A DNA stretch of 64,000 nucleotides from Bugula neritina (GCA_964035545.1 OZ037768.1:12719675-12783674), one strand, 5' to 3'. Shown: positions 1 through 16,156, counted from the first letter of the stretch. Numbers and translations: made by a program. Notes: generated by a model not told the origin, from the sequence alone.

Positions 1-1392
1 AACTGCGGTCAGGATTTATTTGCTGCAATGTTGACATCCAAATACCTAATATGATTATGATTTCTTCCATATATTAATATTATCTATATAACTGTTGTGT
101 TGATTGCTAAATAGCTATAATATGCTAACAGCTATAATAGCTAACATGAATTATTTAGAATAATATTCTATTATTTTTACAAATTTGTGTGGAACAAAAA
201 GTAGTAATATACATTAATAATAGACACTATCTTTAATAGATACTTATTAACAAAATGTCTTTTCAAACAACGTACAAGATGTATAAAATATACAAAATTA
301 ATAAGTTAAGGCAGATCAAAGGAATTAATTTATGTGCTAAATAACAAGCAATTAATCCAATTTTATTTGAATATACATATATTTTAATAATATTAAAACA
401 GATTGCACATAAAAATACATTTTACCAAAATAAATAACTAGCGTCTAAGTAGGCAAATTAGCCTGACCTCTATCTGGGATGATACCACGATTACGACACC
501 TGCGAAAAAATATAATTGGCAAAAAGGTAATGTCTAGCAAATATAGCGAGAATTAAGATGAAAACATCTGTGTCTTGGGCTTATGATGTTCATAAGATAT
601 TTTGCATGTAACAAAGTTTGTGTACCTGCTTCCTCGTGATCTGATTGTAAGCAGTTGAGTTCTGTTTTCTTAGGAATTCCACCATGTTTGAAAAAATCTA
701 ACTGAATGCAATTTTTGTTTGGTATGCAACAGCTATAATAACAGTATTGTTCTCTAAAGTATTTCTACTCCATTTTTCACACAAAAATGCACCAGTCCCT
801 AATGCAGCTTGTTCTATTTGCTAATAAGGAAATATTTTTGTGACAAATGACACACATGAAAAAAGTACATGCCTATGATTTTTGAATAGGACAGCCCAAG
901 ATCATTTTTTTATAATGGGTTGCTTAAATATAACCATATACCTATATATAGAATTATAGGAAAACTTTAGGGTATTTCTTTTGTAACTATAACTAAGCTA
1001 AATTGACTCTAGAGTCATTATATTAAGATAGTATAAAAATATGCATTTTAACCAATAGCATTGTTTTAAAAGCCAAATCGCTTATGTATATATAGTTCAG
1101 TTTAACTTTGTTGGCAAAGAAAAGTATCTATAATTATCAGCAAAATTATTTTGCTTATATAAAATAAATTAGCTTTAATAATTTAAAGATATTTAGCAAA
1201 CTCACAAAAACGTTGAGAGAAGACAACTCCGGAAAAGTTTAAAGCGATTTTATGGCTTACTGGGTGCACAGAACAGTCTAGAGTTTTCACAGATTGATTA
1301 AGACCTTTAAAACTCTCCATTTCTAAAAAGAGTGCGTGGCCACCTTTCGGAGTGTATTGAGTAAAAGATAATTGGAGGTTACTTCTAGACTA
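1..1392 (-). mobile_element. AcademX DNA transposon, right part (unit 1 copy; lacks the ~470 bp at ~28,841-29,310)
   Basis: Ends in TIR ggaggttacttctagacta (1374-1392) followed by TAT. Near-identical to 27,722-29,584. Minus-strand remnants read SDHEEAGT and DTDVFIL. Confidence 0.8.
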
Positions 1393-1431
1393 TATAATAT
1401 ATTATATTCATCTAAGCTTGAAGTACAAGAG

Positions 1432-2803
<1,372 letters not shown>

Positions 2804-2964
2804 TACAAGAGTGTTTTCACACTGAAAAAGAAAAAGACCATTCTGGCTGTTTACAGCACAACTGATTGTCAGAAGAATGTCAACTTTGACAATTTACATA
2901 GAAACAAAAACCCTGGAATTACTAAGTATAGGTTTAGTATTTGACTTTTCAGGCCCTCCATTAG

Positions 2965-4208
2965 AATGGAGTAACACCAATGCATCTAAGTATGGAAGAA
3001 GATCGCATCCCTGTAGAAGAGATCCTGTTAAAGTATGGTGCTAGTCTTTGTTCAACTTCTAGAGCCGGTTTTTCTTCAGCTGACAGACATAGTGGTCAGG
3101 TAAATATTGTAAAATGTTTGTCAAAAATTGAAGCAGAAGTTTGGTTAATATACCAATGCCATAGTACATTTTATGATGAATTGACCCCAATACACTTGTA
3201 CATGCAGAAAAACCATACTCTTATAGCAGAGATCTTGTTGAAGTATGGTGCTAGTCTATCCTCAACTGCCAGAACCGATTTTTCTTCAGCTGACAGACAT
3301 AGTGGTCAACTTAATATGGTCAACTTTCTTTCAAAGCATGAAGCAGAAGGAGATTTAGCCCTTACATTATCTGTTATAAAGTCATCATGGTACATGGTAC
3401 ATTTTAGGACGGCCATGTTAATGTTCTGCTTACTGTTGAACTACATAACCTATAAAAAGAATTGTTGTATTTTCTCGAATCTAGAAACCCTCATCATAAT
3501 GTTAGTAAGAGTGCTTACATCTTGTTAATTATATTCTTTATTCTAATCTCTGATGAGTCATAAAGTCTACCAAACGGTTACTAGTAATTGTGTTTACAGA
3601 ATGGCTACACGCCTCTACATTATGCTGTGGGAAAAGGTGACATGGATACGGTCTGTGCTTTGGTTGAATATGGCGCAGGAGTAAGCGCAGAGTCGGAAGA
3701 TGGGTTCACCCCCCTACACCTTGCTGTTAGGGATGGACTCATTGATATTGTATCGATGCTGTTGGAAAATGGTGCTAGTCCCAACTGTTATACCAAAGTA
3801 AGTCTATTTTTTCCAAACAGCTAGCGATGTTACAGTTACTTTTTGTGATCAACTGCCAGTGCGGCAGCATAATGTTGCAATGTTGCAACTGCAACTGTTA
3901 TACCAACTGATTATTTTCGTGAACTATGATCCTTATCATGAAGTGGAAAACATAAAATTGAAAGCTTTTCTTATTAAATATTATTTGAGTATTGAATATT
4001 GAATATTTGATCGAGTGGCTACTGCTATGGCATATTTTAGGACGGATTAACCCCAATGCACATGTGCAGGCAAAAAAACCATGCTCTCATAGCAGAGATC
4101 CTGTTGAAGTATGGTGCTAGTCTCTCCTCAACTGCTAGAACCGGTTGCTCTTCAGCTGACAGACATAGTTGTCAACATTATATGATCAATTTTCTTCCAA
4201 AATATTAA
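2965..4208 (+). pseudogene. Inverted, rearranged ankyrin-exon cassette, unit 1 (E6-like 2965-3099, degenerate E6-like ~3175-3370, E5-like 3600-3797, E6-like 4041-4208)
   Basis: Peptides NGVTPMHLSMEEDRIPVEEILLKYGASL, NGYTPLHYAVGKGDMD...GFTPLHLAVRDG and DGLTPMHMCRQKNH. 3411-3870 is an inverted near-copy of ~12,660-13,120. Three exons splice in frame (~166 codons), so a small ankyrin-only product is not excluded. Confidence 0.7.
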
Positions 4209-5564
4209 GCAGAAGGAAATTTAAAGTTTTTTTTAGCATGAAGATAGATAAAAAATTGGTAAGTTCTCCAAGTTTGCATGGCCCGATTCCATGCTCCCAC
4301 AAATTTGAAGCATAGAGCATGTTTCTTGCAATAACATTGAGTTATGTGCGTACTTGCAGTTATCCATCACATTATAGATGCTATCTGTTGTCTCAGTATG
4401 GATATAGGACCATCACCTATTATATAAAGACCAGTTTCTCTTTAGTAATAATCTAAAACATTCCATCCAGCTGGCTGGTGATGGTCAAGCCGGTAGTTTG
4501 TATAAGACTGAGATTTGTAATACTTAGCTCTCTGATGACTATATTCTTCCAGATGAGGTTTGCTACTCCCAAACATCTCTCGTTACATGTAAACCTACTT
4601 TGTTGAACTTATTTTCACATTCACATTGAGGTTGGAAAATGTTACTTGCATTTGTTGTTCTGTTTTCTTCAGTGATGTTCCAAATTTTCCAATTACTAAA
4701 ACTCGTTCTAGAATTCCTTTTAATTTATTGAGTATTTCTTTCATGCAAACTTAACCCTAACTGATGATCGAAGTTCAAAAGTCTCTGAATAATCCTAATA
4801 TAATTCTTGCAGTGTAAGTATATTAACCCTCAACATAGCTTCATGACAATAATGCTTTCTGTAAAAATGTACACAAATAGAGATGATGTCATACAACAAT
4901 GGCATTCTAGATTCAATTTAGAAATTGTTTGAATCTACTATTACTCTAGCTTCAATATAATATAATAGGACTCAGTAGCAAACATTTTAGTTTTGTAAAA
5001 AATTGATGCAAATTTGCTGTTTTTCCATAATACTTTAAATGTTAGAATAGATTTATTTTCAAAGTATTTCAAAGCAAAGTCATTAAACTGGAATTAAAAT
5101 CAAGTATTTGAATCTTCAAGTCCCTGCAGAGTGCAAGCAGTTACTGGTCATAATGTTTATTAGCAACTGTTTTCAAACCCACTTGAATTTTTTTCAAATG
5201 AGCTTTGTTGACAGTGAGTAAATTGTGAGCCACTAAATACAAGGAGTGATCAGAGCTAGAAACTAGTACATGATGTATTGTTGCAAATTTATGAGGATAA
5301 CTAACTACGTGTGGGTTATTAAGATGATCTAATCACGTAGGGTTATGTGCCTGTGTGCGTGTGTGTCAGCTATCAGGGTATGCTGCAATATTGGTGACAG
5401 GTAGCAAGAATAATACAAGTAAGAAAAACTACATTATGCAAAAGTTACATCAAGTAAAGAAAAGAGTACGGTATTAAAAGTAGCTACTGGATAACAGCTT
5501 GGGCTAGCTCAGGGTTTGTCCTTTACACTTGGGCAGCCGCTCACTTTAGCATAAAACTAACACC

Positions 5565-5659
<95 letters not shown>

Positions 5660-5704
5660 ATATATATAATGTAGTGTTTTCAGATTGTTAAAGATATATA
5701 TTTT

Positions 5705-6452
<748 letters not shown>

Positions 6453-6523
6453 GTTTAGCAAGGGACACAATATGTTATACTTCCGCTGGCCATAACGTTA
6501 TTCACCAACATAATATTATAATA

Positions 6524-7860
6524 TAGATGTAACTGGGGGGGGGGGGAGCACAAAGGGTTGAATTTTGGATTTTTTGCTCTCATTCGTCTGTTTTTCAAGT
6601 TTCTAGTTCAATAATTTCTAGTCTTAATGCTGCATCTGTTGTCTGATACAGGTATCAGTTTGTTGTTTCTATCTCTCTCACAACTTTCAGAATAATTAGA
6701 TTTTCATGACGAAAAAATCGGCGCATTGTGCCTCAGTACCGGGGTACAATGGGCCACTAGGTGGGACACAATAAATATATTGAAACTATGCAGATTTTGT
6801 TGCATCTGATCTTTATTTATTTATTATTACAAATAAATAAAAATATTTTTTCAGATCTACAGCAAAATTCATGTTTTAGCTGTATAGTTTGTGCTACCAC
6901 TGATGGCAGAAGAAGGCTAAATCAAACGCACATCATTCAGTTCTACGGTGCCATTCTCATTACTGTTTAAAACTGAAAATGTTCTTTTATTTTCACTTTA
7001 GAGGAAATTTTATCAGAAAAAACTTTAGTAACATTTACTACAAAATTATAATGGACTTTTTTCTATGAACTGTAGCTAAGGCACATGGCTGAGGTTTGTG
7101 GCTGGAGTACGGAAGGGAGAGGGAAGAGCAAACGAGCAAATCACAATTTATTTTAGTGAAATACATGTATATTCCCTCAATGATATAATATATAGTAAAT
7201 ATCATGAGTATCTACTAGTAGCAACAGCAGAGTGTTTTGTATTAGGCATAAAATGGCAAAGCTCTAACCTCACCAGATGTATATATTGCGGGAGCTTCAC
7301 CTTGTAGTTTTGTAGTCTTCCCATGATGTCTTTGATAATTTACAAAATGGTAAATAATGTCTATATCTATAGATTTTAGTAACATTTCATCGGACGTTTT
7401 GGGCAAACAAACTAACAACAGTGATCAGGGTGCAATAAGCAGGTGGCCCATTGTGCTCCTGTCAGCGTGGCCCATTGTGCCTCATGTGGCCAAATGGAAA
7501 ATAAATGTGCCTCAAAGAAAATTTATTTTAAAGTTTGCTGTTATACTTGTTAAGCAATGTAGAGACAAGATATGGCAACAATATTAGTAAAATCTAGGCT
7601 TGCTGCCTTTGAGTGTAAAAAGTTATAAAGCTTAATTAACTACATCTTAAAAAAATTGCAAAAAGTAGGTAAAAACAGTTTTTTACTCGCCTTTTTCAAC
7701 ACGTATGATCCGCAAGTGTTGAAACTACAATGGCTGAATAATTATGTCAATACCTTTGTATGAAAAAAAATCACAACTCTAAGTCAATGAGTTCTCTCAC
7801 AATTTGGTCGGCTTTTTGTACTCCTATGACCATTTTGCCCGCCCCCCATTACTCCAATTA
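6524..7860. mobile_element. Degenerate MITE-like element with G-rich/C-rich termini
   Basis: Start ta(g/a)...gtaactggggg, end ...gccccccattactcc, and internal inverted motifs acaatgggccac/gtggcccattgt. The unit 2 copy (~36,434-38,030) is truncated. Confidence 0.4.
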
Positions 7861-9139
7861 TATAAAGCTTGTACTGCACATAAGTTACTAATCACAAGAG
7901 TATCAAGTTGTGAGAGGCTGTCAACCTCATTATTCAGAGTTTATATAGGGTGGCTGTGGTCTTCACCATGTACACAACTACATAAGCTATGTATTGGTAA
8001 GTAGGATAACTCCAGAAAACATAACAAAACTAGCCACTGGGATTGCTTGCGTTTTTCATTGCAGGTTAGGCTTTGCAAATACAATATCTTTGCAGCTCTA
8101 ACGTTTTGGATATAATGTGACTAAGTATATAATGACATTATACATGTTACACACAACGAATGTTATACAATTACTTTCTTTGGGGAAGTAACTCCCATGT
8201 TTTCTCAGTAATGCTTATGATATACTGAGTAGGCTACTACCATTGCACTTGGAGGATCATAAATGATTTATCAAATCAACATTTACCAAGAAGAGAGTTC
8301 TTAATGATTCAAATGAGTTTACTTTTGCCACACAAAGTGATTACTGTGATTAATTTAAACAACACAAGCAAATTAATTCTAATTAATAACTTGCTGTTTA
8401 GAAAAAATATGCTGCTATTTTTAAGATGGTTTTGTAATTAATGGCTGGTTGGCAAGATTTTATAATATTCGTTTTCATCTCTAACCAGTTTGTGGTAAAA
8501 TGTATAATCAGTGTGGTTGACTATGCTTATCAAAATTACATGCACCAGGGATTTATGTGGAATACTTAAACAACAACAGAGTATGTTTTGGTGTACACTA
8601 TATATGTGTGTATTGAATGAGGAAAATAATTTTACCCTCAGATATATTGCACAGACTATTACACACTATTGCTGCTCTATATTATACATATGTGATTATG
8701 TGTGATTACGCAAGAAAATGTATATAATTACACAAAAGTGCTTTAAATAGACAAATATAGGTGAATATAGGTAAGATATTAGAGCAAGCAGTATACACTC
8801 AACAAGTATTTAGAAGTAAACATTGGTGAAACACTTGAAATTGGTATTAAAACCAAAGATTTTAGTTTGTTTGATGCCAACTTCGTAGTCAAATATGTTT
8901 TGAAGTTCCCCTTTATGTTGGAGAATAAGAATCAAAATAACAAATTGATGACTAGACAAGGTATCGAGGCCCAAAGCATTGAATAAAGCACACTTCATTT
9001 TAAATCACAAAAGTAGCTTGAGAGCTAAGAACTTATTCTTTTCAAATGCAACATAATAAATATTTATATATAGCAGTTAATGATAATAATGTCTTTTATA
9101 TAGTTTCCTATATAATCTTCACATAATACTTTTAAAACT

Positions 9140-12100
9140 TCACAAGTCAGAAATATTTTCCCTTTTCGCTTTTGAGACGAATGCAAAATATCGGCGCAGC
9201 CTCGCTGTAACAATTCTTGTCATATTCTTTTCTGCTATTCTGTCCAAAGTCTCAACGTCTAAAGAGCACATAACATATATCAGATTAGTTATGTATTAAA
9301 GTTTTCTTGCTATGCTTTGATACAAGTTTACAATCCTAATATTTTTATATAAAGAGGGACAATATATTATTAGTGCTACTATTTGAAGTGTAAGCAGAAG
9401 CTAGTTTCACATTTCTGATCATATTGCATGTTACTATTAGCTTCAAAAGATATCAAAGATGTTCTTAAAAAATACTGCTCAATGAATATAGTGGCTATAC
9501 CCATAGCCAGCTGCATTGATTGGAAGAGGGAAGTATTTCAAGGCAATGAACAGTTTAGATTGTTTATACACTTCTGAAGGTATTAAAGTCTGGAGACATG
9601 CTAGACAGTTTGTATAAATTTGTATAAATACCAGCATGTGACATGCTATAACAACCTGTTTCTAAACCTGGTAACTTTACACTGCTTGTAAAAATAACAG
9701 CTTTTCAATACTGATGAATCCTAGGGTGTTGACAGCTCAAAATTGGCAAAAGCTAAAGTTGATAACAAAGTTTACTATTTAATACTACATACCACAAAGA
9801 CTGTCATTCACTGTCTGCTTATGTTCCTGCCATGTTACACCATCATCACTTGCGATGACAATGGTTTCCTGTTCATCTTGACTAGCAGCAACATCTATTA
9901 TGACAGGGCTGAAAAGAAAAAACACAGGTGCCATTTTTAAAAAACAGTTATACTTTTTACATGTACTGTGTTTGAATAAAGATGTAATAACGTTTAATGA
10001 AAACATGAAAAAGTAATAAAAGTAATATAAAGGTTTTCAGTTTCTCCCACTAAACTCAATGACAAGTGTGTGAATAAAAAATTACCCAAAAAAGGTGGCA
10101 CAAGCAGGTTCTAGAGAGAGAATGGGGAAGATGAGTAATTCATCATTTTGAAGAGAGGGCATCACTCCTTTCTCAAGGAGACGGCACACAATCCTCGTTG
10201 GTGCGGTTGCCACACCAGGTGGGATGGTAAAATGCACTTTCTCTCGGCATCCCTGGAAGACTCCTCCACTGGCATCCACCAGGAAACTGATACGGAATCT
10301 AAAGTGAGATGCATATACAATGTGAACGCAGTTGATAATGAAGTAGCTGGTAGTTAATTTATGTGTGCATGTGTGCGTGTTTGTGTGTGTGTGTGGGTGT
10401 GTGTTGTTATTGCAGTAGCAGTTTTCTTATATATATATAGAAAAGCTTCCACTGTAATTATTAAAACAAACCCAATAGAACTGAGTAATGTTTGGCAACA
10501 GTTTTAACTGCAACAATTCTTCCAAGTTAGTTATCATTACCTTTTCAATTTGAGCTTCTCACTACGAATAAAGAGAAAACAACTGATTGTATATAACAAA
10601 TTTACAAAATGTCTTTCATAAACCGATTTTGAACTACATACAGCCAAAGAATGAGAAACATGCTCATTGCATTTCTTGTCAATGTGATATTTAGAAAAAA
10701 TAGATCAACTTGCTTCACATATATTTGGGTACATTATATACTAAACGTACTTAGTGACTCCAGGGTTTTTACTTTTCATTGAATTGTCAGAGTGTAAATC
10801 CTCCTGAGAATGAAGTGTGCTGTGGGCCCTCTTACGAGTTTTTCTCTTTTTCAGAGTAAAAACACTCTTGCATTTGAGGCCTAAAATGAATAGAATAAAC
10901 TACTAGTATGGGTGTGTGTTGGTGTTTGTGGGTGTGTGCGTGTTCGTATGTGCTTGCGTGTGTGAGTCGCTGCGTGTTCGTAAAGAACTGATATATATTT
11001 ACATACATTGATGGCTAAATTATTGCTTGGAACTCACTAGGCCTCTAACAATAAAGTAAAATTAGCTATGGGTTTTACCATTATGCAAAACCATAAATTA
11101 GTAATATTCAATTCGAAAAATTCTTAACAATTTAATTCTGCAAATAATTGCCAGTATGAAACAAAGTAATTGGTGAGTTAATAATCAGATCCTTACCAGC
11201 AGAGGCGATGCTACGTAAAGCCCGCCTGATTTTTGCTGTTCGAGGTTTTGTCTCAACGCTCTGCATACCATACACCTACAAGGAAATTATTGCATTGCTA
11301 TTGTACAATCACATTAAAATATGTTTTCATAGATTGACACTTCAATAGGCGTTTATAATATATAGAATAATGATATAATGCACTCCAAATACACTAATTC
11401 AATATTCATAATGTTGTGACCAATTTATTAAGTGAAGAGTGCCTAACTAAAAAACCAGTTACAATAAAATGTCTTAAATAAACAGAATAATTGAAAATTT
11501 ATCATTCTTTTGGCAGTTACACTGATTCACACAAAATTACCGACTTGTATATCTCAATGCTTAGCCAAACATGACCAATTTCTAGTAAACTTGTTACTCC
11601 AAATATTTTAAAGCTTTATCTAATCTCAGTCAGCATCTGTAAATTTCATTGATGTTATATTTACTAGTTAGCTGACTCAATAAATCAATAATTGACCAAA
11701 AACAGAACTGACATGCATTGGGAAAACGCTTATATCAAAACGAGTAAAATGATGCGCGTTTAGCTCGTGACTTAGAAATAGACTGTGATCCAGATAAACA
11801 CTAGACAGAGCCAGATTGATTACTAGCTTCCTCACATGTGCAATCAGCTTGTGAGACAAAGTTTAGAAATGGTTTGATCAACTCATTGACTAATGGCCCA
11901 GAAGGTGTTGTAGCAATATTTTGCTGACACAAATTTAAATGTCCGACTAAGTCAATGTGAACACAAAATTAATACACAATCAAATATGTTTAGTCCAATA
12001 TAAGTTGCAATATTGAATACTACAATGTTATGATTCTAATATCAAACTGTAGATGATTTTATAACAGATAATGTAAGGGCAATGTCTACTTCTGCTTCAT

Positions 12101-14723
12101 GTTTTGACAGAGATTTTACCATATTTACCTGACCACTATGTCTGTCAGCTTTAGAGGTTGTAGGGAGACTAGCACCATACTTCAAGAGAATCTCTGCTGT
12201 GAGAGCATGGTTTCTCTGCCTGCACAGGTGCATTGGGGTTAATCCGTCCTAAAATATACCATAGCAGTAGCAACTCAATCAAATAGTCAATATTCAATAC
12301 TCAAATAATATTTAAGAAGAAAAGCTTTCTATTTTATGTTTTCCACTTTTGATAAGGGTCATAGTTCATGATAATAATCAGTTGGTATAACAGTTGCAGT
12401 TGTAACATTAGTGGCACAGTTTGTGTTGTCACATTATTTTGGTAACTTGGAGTTGATTTTCTTAGATTTGTAGCTTCTCTACTTACGAGCTGATTTAAAA
12501 TAAAAGTTATCATCTTCTTTGACAGATTTAGGACCTTGATTTAAATCATTTATAAATAAAAACTAATCAACTATTAATCACTTATATAATAGATATCTGT
12601 TGAATAAAAATTTAATGGAAGTTTGAATGAAGAAACTTAGAACAGCAAATGTTGAGATAGTATGCTGCCACACTGGCAGTTGATCACAAAAAGTAACTGT
12701 AACATCACTAGCTGTTCGGAAAAGGTAGACATACTTTGGTATAGCAGTTGGGACTAGCACCATTTTCCAACAGCATCGATACAATATCACTGAGTCCATC
12801 CATAGCGGCAATGTGTAGGGGAGTGAACCCATCTTCCGACTCTGCGCTTACTCCTGCGCCATACTCAATCAGAGCACAGACCGTATCCATGTCACCTTTT
12901 CCCACAGCATAATGTAGAGGCGTGTAGCCATTCTGTAAACACAATTACTAGTAACTGTTCAGTAGACTTTATGACTCATCAGAGATTAGAATAGAGAATA
13001 TAATTAACAAGAGTAAGCACTCTTACTAACATTATGGTGAGTGTTTCTAGATTCGAGAAAATGTAACAATTCTTTTTATAGGTTATGTAGTTTAACAGTA
13101 AGCAGAACATTAACATGGCCATTTACAATGTAGGTAATTTTAAATCATAAAAAGTAATGAAGCTAACATACATTGATCAAACAGACTCCAAAATGTTCAT
13201 AATTTTGCTGAGCTATCTCAAGTTTAGCAGAATAACTCTCACCTTAGCCCTGCTGTCAGGGGAGACACCATATTTCTCCAGCAGAAGTAAAACTATTGCA
13301 GCTTGACCATGCTGAGCAGCTAGGTGCAGAGCTGTATGTCCATCATCATTTTTGAGTTCAGGCTTTGCGCCTTTTTTTAGTAACATCCTAGTTACTGCCT
13401 GTTGATTGTTTTCAATGCTGACATGGAGAGGTGTCAATCCATTCTACAAGCACCAGCATGCACTGTGTCTACATGTAACTCAAAATAATTTAGGAGTAAA
13501 TTTTGCAACAATTGAAAGTAAATTTTGGTAGACTGGTTTTTACCAGTCCTAATCAACATACACAGCCAACGGTTGTTCTCAGGTGAAGGCACTGAATACA
13601 CTAAATTGTTACCTTAGTCGTGGAATCAAATAGTTTTGAATGCTTTGGAAATGAAGTGTTCACTTTTTCATTTCCTTGTTTTGCTGCTACATGCAGCAGG
13701 GAATAGTTATCTCTAGCCTCAGCATTCACATTAAATTCATGCTGCAACAGAAGCAGTACACTATCTACACTACTCACCACTTCCACTCTTGTTGTTACAT
13801 AATAAACACTATTTGTATAGCTATACAGGTTTCTCAAAGTAGTGATGAAACAGAAAAGTAAATCACCATTTTTAAAATAGTCAACCAGGAACTTCAAGTC
13901 TTCTCAATTAAAAAACTAAAACTAAATGTAAAAGTGAAAGTCATTGCAGTGTAGTTCTACAGTTACTCCTAACTCTTTAAGTTGAGTGTGTGCTTACTGA
14001 AGATGGGTCTTCATTGTCTAGAGAAGAGGGTGTATGTAGTTGACTACTACTGATCTCACTGTGATCAATAGATAGTTCTTCACTGTCAACCTCTATTTCA
14101 GATTCACTAGCTCGGCAACATACTAAAAGTGACAATACTGTCATGTATAAACTCAGATATATTCATTTTACAATCTGATTGAAGGAACTCTATTGGATTT
14201 GAATACTACTTCAAAATATCAAATACACCATTAGCCGATAGCATATCTTTATGACTAGATCTTTACTAAATTGGCTGTATCACTTCGCCCAAAACAAAAT
14301 AGTAGGTCAAAAAACACTACTGTAATCATGGTTCATCTAAATTCCAATGGGACTATATTCACCAGATTGATGTGTATTTTACTGTGTGCAAAAAACTTGA
14401 ATGGAAATATTTAAACTTCTGTCTGATTGTTTATGATGATGGCAAGATTATATTGCCAGATTGCCATATAGTGATGAGGGCAGCTTTAATTAGCCAAGCT
14501 GTAAAGGATATGACAAACATTCATATGATGCAGCTACTATAAGAGTGTACATACATGTAACTCACCAATATAATATTATTTATATTGGAACAAAATCAGC
14601 TAAACTCAAGTGACTAACATATATTTATTGTTAGACAAGTTTGCAAATTATTTAGCTTTTCATGTAAAACTTACCCAAATTGGTGATTGAGGCCTGAAAG
14701 CTTCTGAATAATTCTAATATCAT
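9140..14723 (-). CDS. Mini-ankyrin (ANK repeats + single ZU5), copy 1. Exons 14723-14675, 14122-13998, 13741-13613, 13443-13243, 12932-12735, 12248-12129, 11275-11197, 10880-10751, 10298-10086, 9908-9793, 9258-9140; 1479 nt = 492 aa + stop
   Basis: All introns are GT-AG with matching phases and there is no internal stop. The ANK repeats (NGLTPLH, NGYTPLH, DGFTPLH, DGLTPMHLC) and ZU5 (FRISFLVDASGG...IPPG...PTRIVCRL...LEP...FG|PVIIDV...SDDGVTWQEH...NMTRIVT...YFAFVSK) follow the canonical ankyrin (ANK1/2/3, UNC-44) sequence. Exon 1, the exon 3 acceptor and the exon 6 donor are the least certain parts. Confidence 0.8.
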
Positions 14724-16156
14724 TTTCGCAGTATAAGCATATTAACACTCAACATAATATTAAGACAATAATGCTTTCAATAGAAATGTAGACTAATAAT
14801 TATGATGTAAGCAGTTTTTGTTGTGGGTAGTATTATGATTGTGATGTCATACAACAATGGTATCTTAATTTAAATTTAGCAAATATTTAAATTTACTATT
14901 ACATTAACTTTACTATCTTATTATTAGGACTTATATGCAACAATTTCGGGTTCTCCATATTTTACAAAGTAGTAGACAGTTTGTATTTCATTTCATTTCT
15001 AATAACAAATTATTGAAATTCATATAAATTTGGTACCTGCAGGACAATTGGATTCAAGTGAATGAATTTTTAAATAACTTTTTCACTGTAGTTTTTTAAA
15101 AACCTAATATAAGAACAATTGAGAAAGCAGTACTATGTTCAGCATGTTTTCCTATTTACTTATCTGTTGGAGCATGTGCAGCCGTCTGCAACTTGAGTAA
15201 ATTATAATAGTGCTAAATTTCTAATGGTAAATGTAATTAGAAACGAACTGATATCAATGAACTTAATAAAATTCTATTACTGTGATATAACATACATAAT
15301 ATATGAAAACTGACCAGAGTTACAATTAAATAACTTGTGAGAGAGTTATCTTTCTGTACACCTATGACCATTCCACCCCCCCTCCCCCCTACTATTATTT
15401 GAATAACCTGTGAGAGAGAGAGTTATCTTCTCTCTACTATACTGACTGCTCTTATGAACCTCTAATGAAATGAAATTCTATAAACTTAAAGCTTATGTCA
15501 GACTGCACTGGCTAGTCAGAAAGATACTTTATAATATTTCAGTTGCCTCATCAGATTTGCAGGCCATTAATGTACCCCATGTAGTGCAGAGAAACTGTTA
15601 CTCATTGCTTTGCTGTTTTTAAATGAAAACTTGAAAAATCAGTCATGTTATATCAGTTTTCAGATTCACAGTCCGATGTGAATAGATCTATTCTCAAATG
15701 CAACATTTTTAACAAGAAGACAGTATCAATAATCAATACAGGAATATATATAAGGAGTGAAGGGAGACATAACATGCTATTAGTAATTTAAGTTTATCAC
15801 TAATGGTCAACCTTTTCATATTCTCAAAAATACCAAAAGAAAACCAGGCTGCTTGACTATTACCAACATGTCACATAACTAATTTTGAAACTGATTTGCA
15901 AGTGCTAAAACATGCTGACAGTATACTACTAGAAGTAATATAGAGTAAACTATATATTAGTCTTGAAAGGTATATATTATATATGATGAACTGTTTTTAA
16001 TTGTCAATAGAAAGCCAGTACTGTGGAATATTCAGTCTTATAAAGGTAGAAAATATACAACGACTGCTACCACAGAGCCATCAGTACTGTATGATGGATA
16101 ATATTATAAACAATTCTACAATAACAAATGTATGAATGAGATGGTAATGTACATAA

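Noticed and set aside
2980-3528. 182-aa single-exon ORF as a complete gene (also 33122-33670)
   Set aside because: It reads through two tandem E6-like exon copies and then into sequence homologous to intron 4 of the minus-strand gene.
15530-15556. Further CTGATGA hits as hammerheads (also ~3550, 4532, 4761, 9711)
   Set aside because: None has a credible stem II followed by GAAA and a closing stem I.
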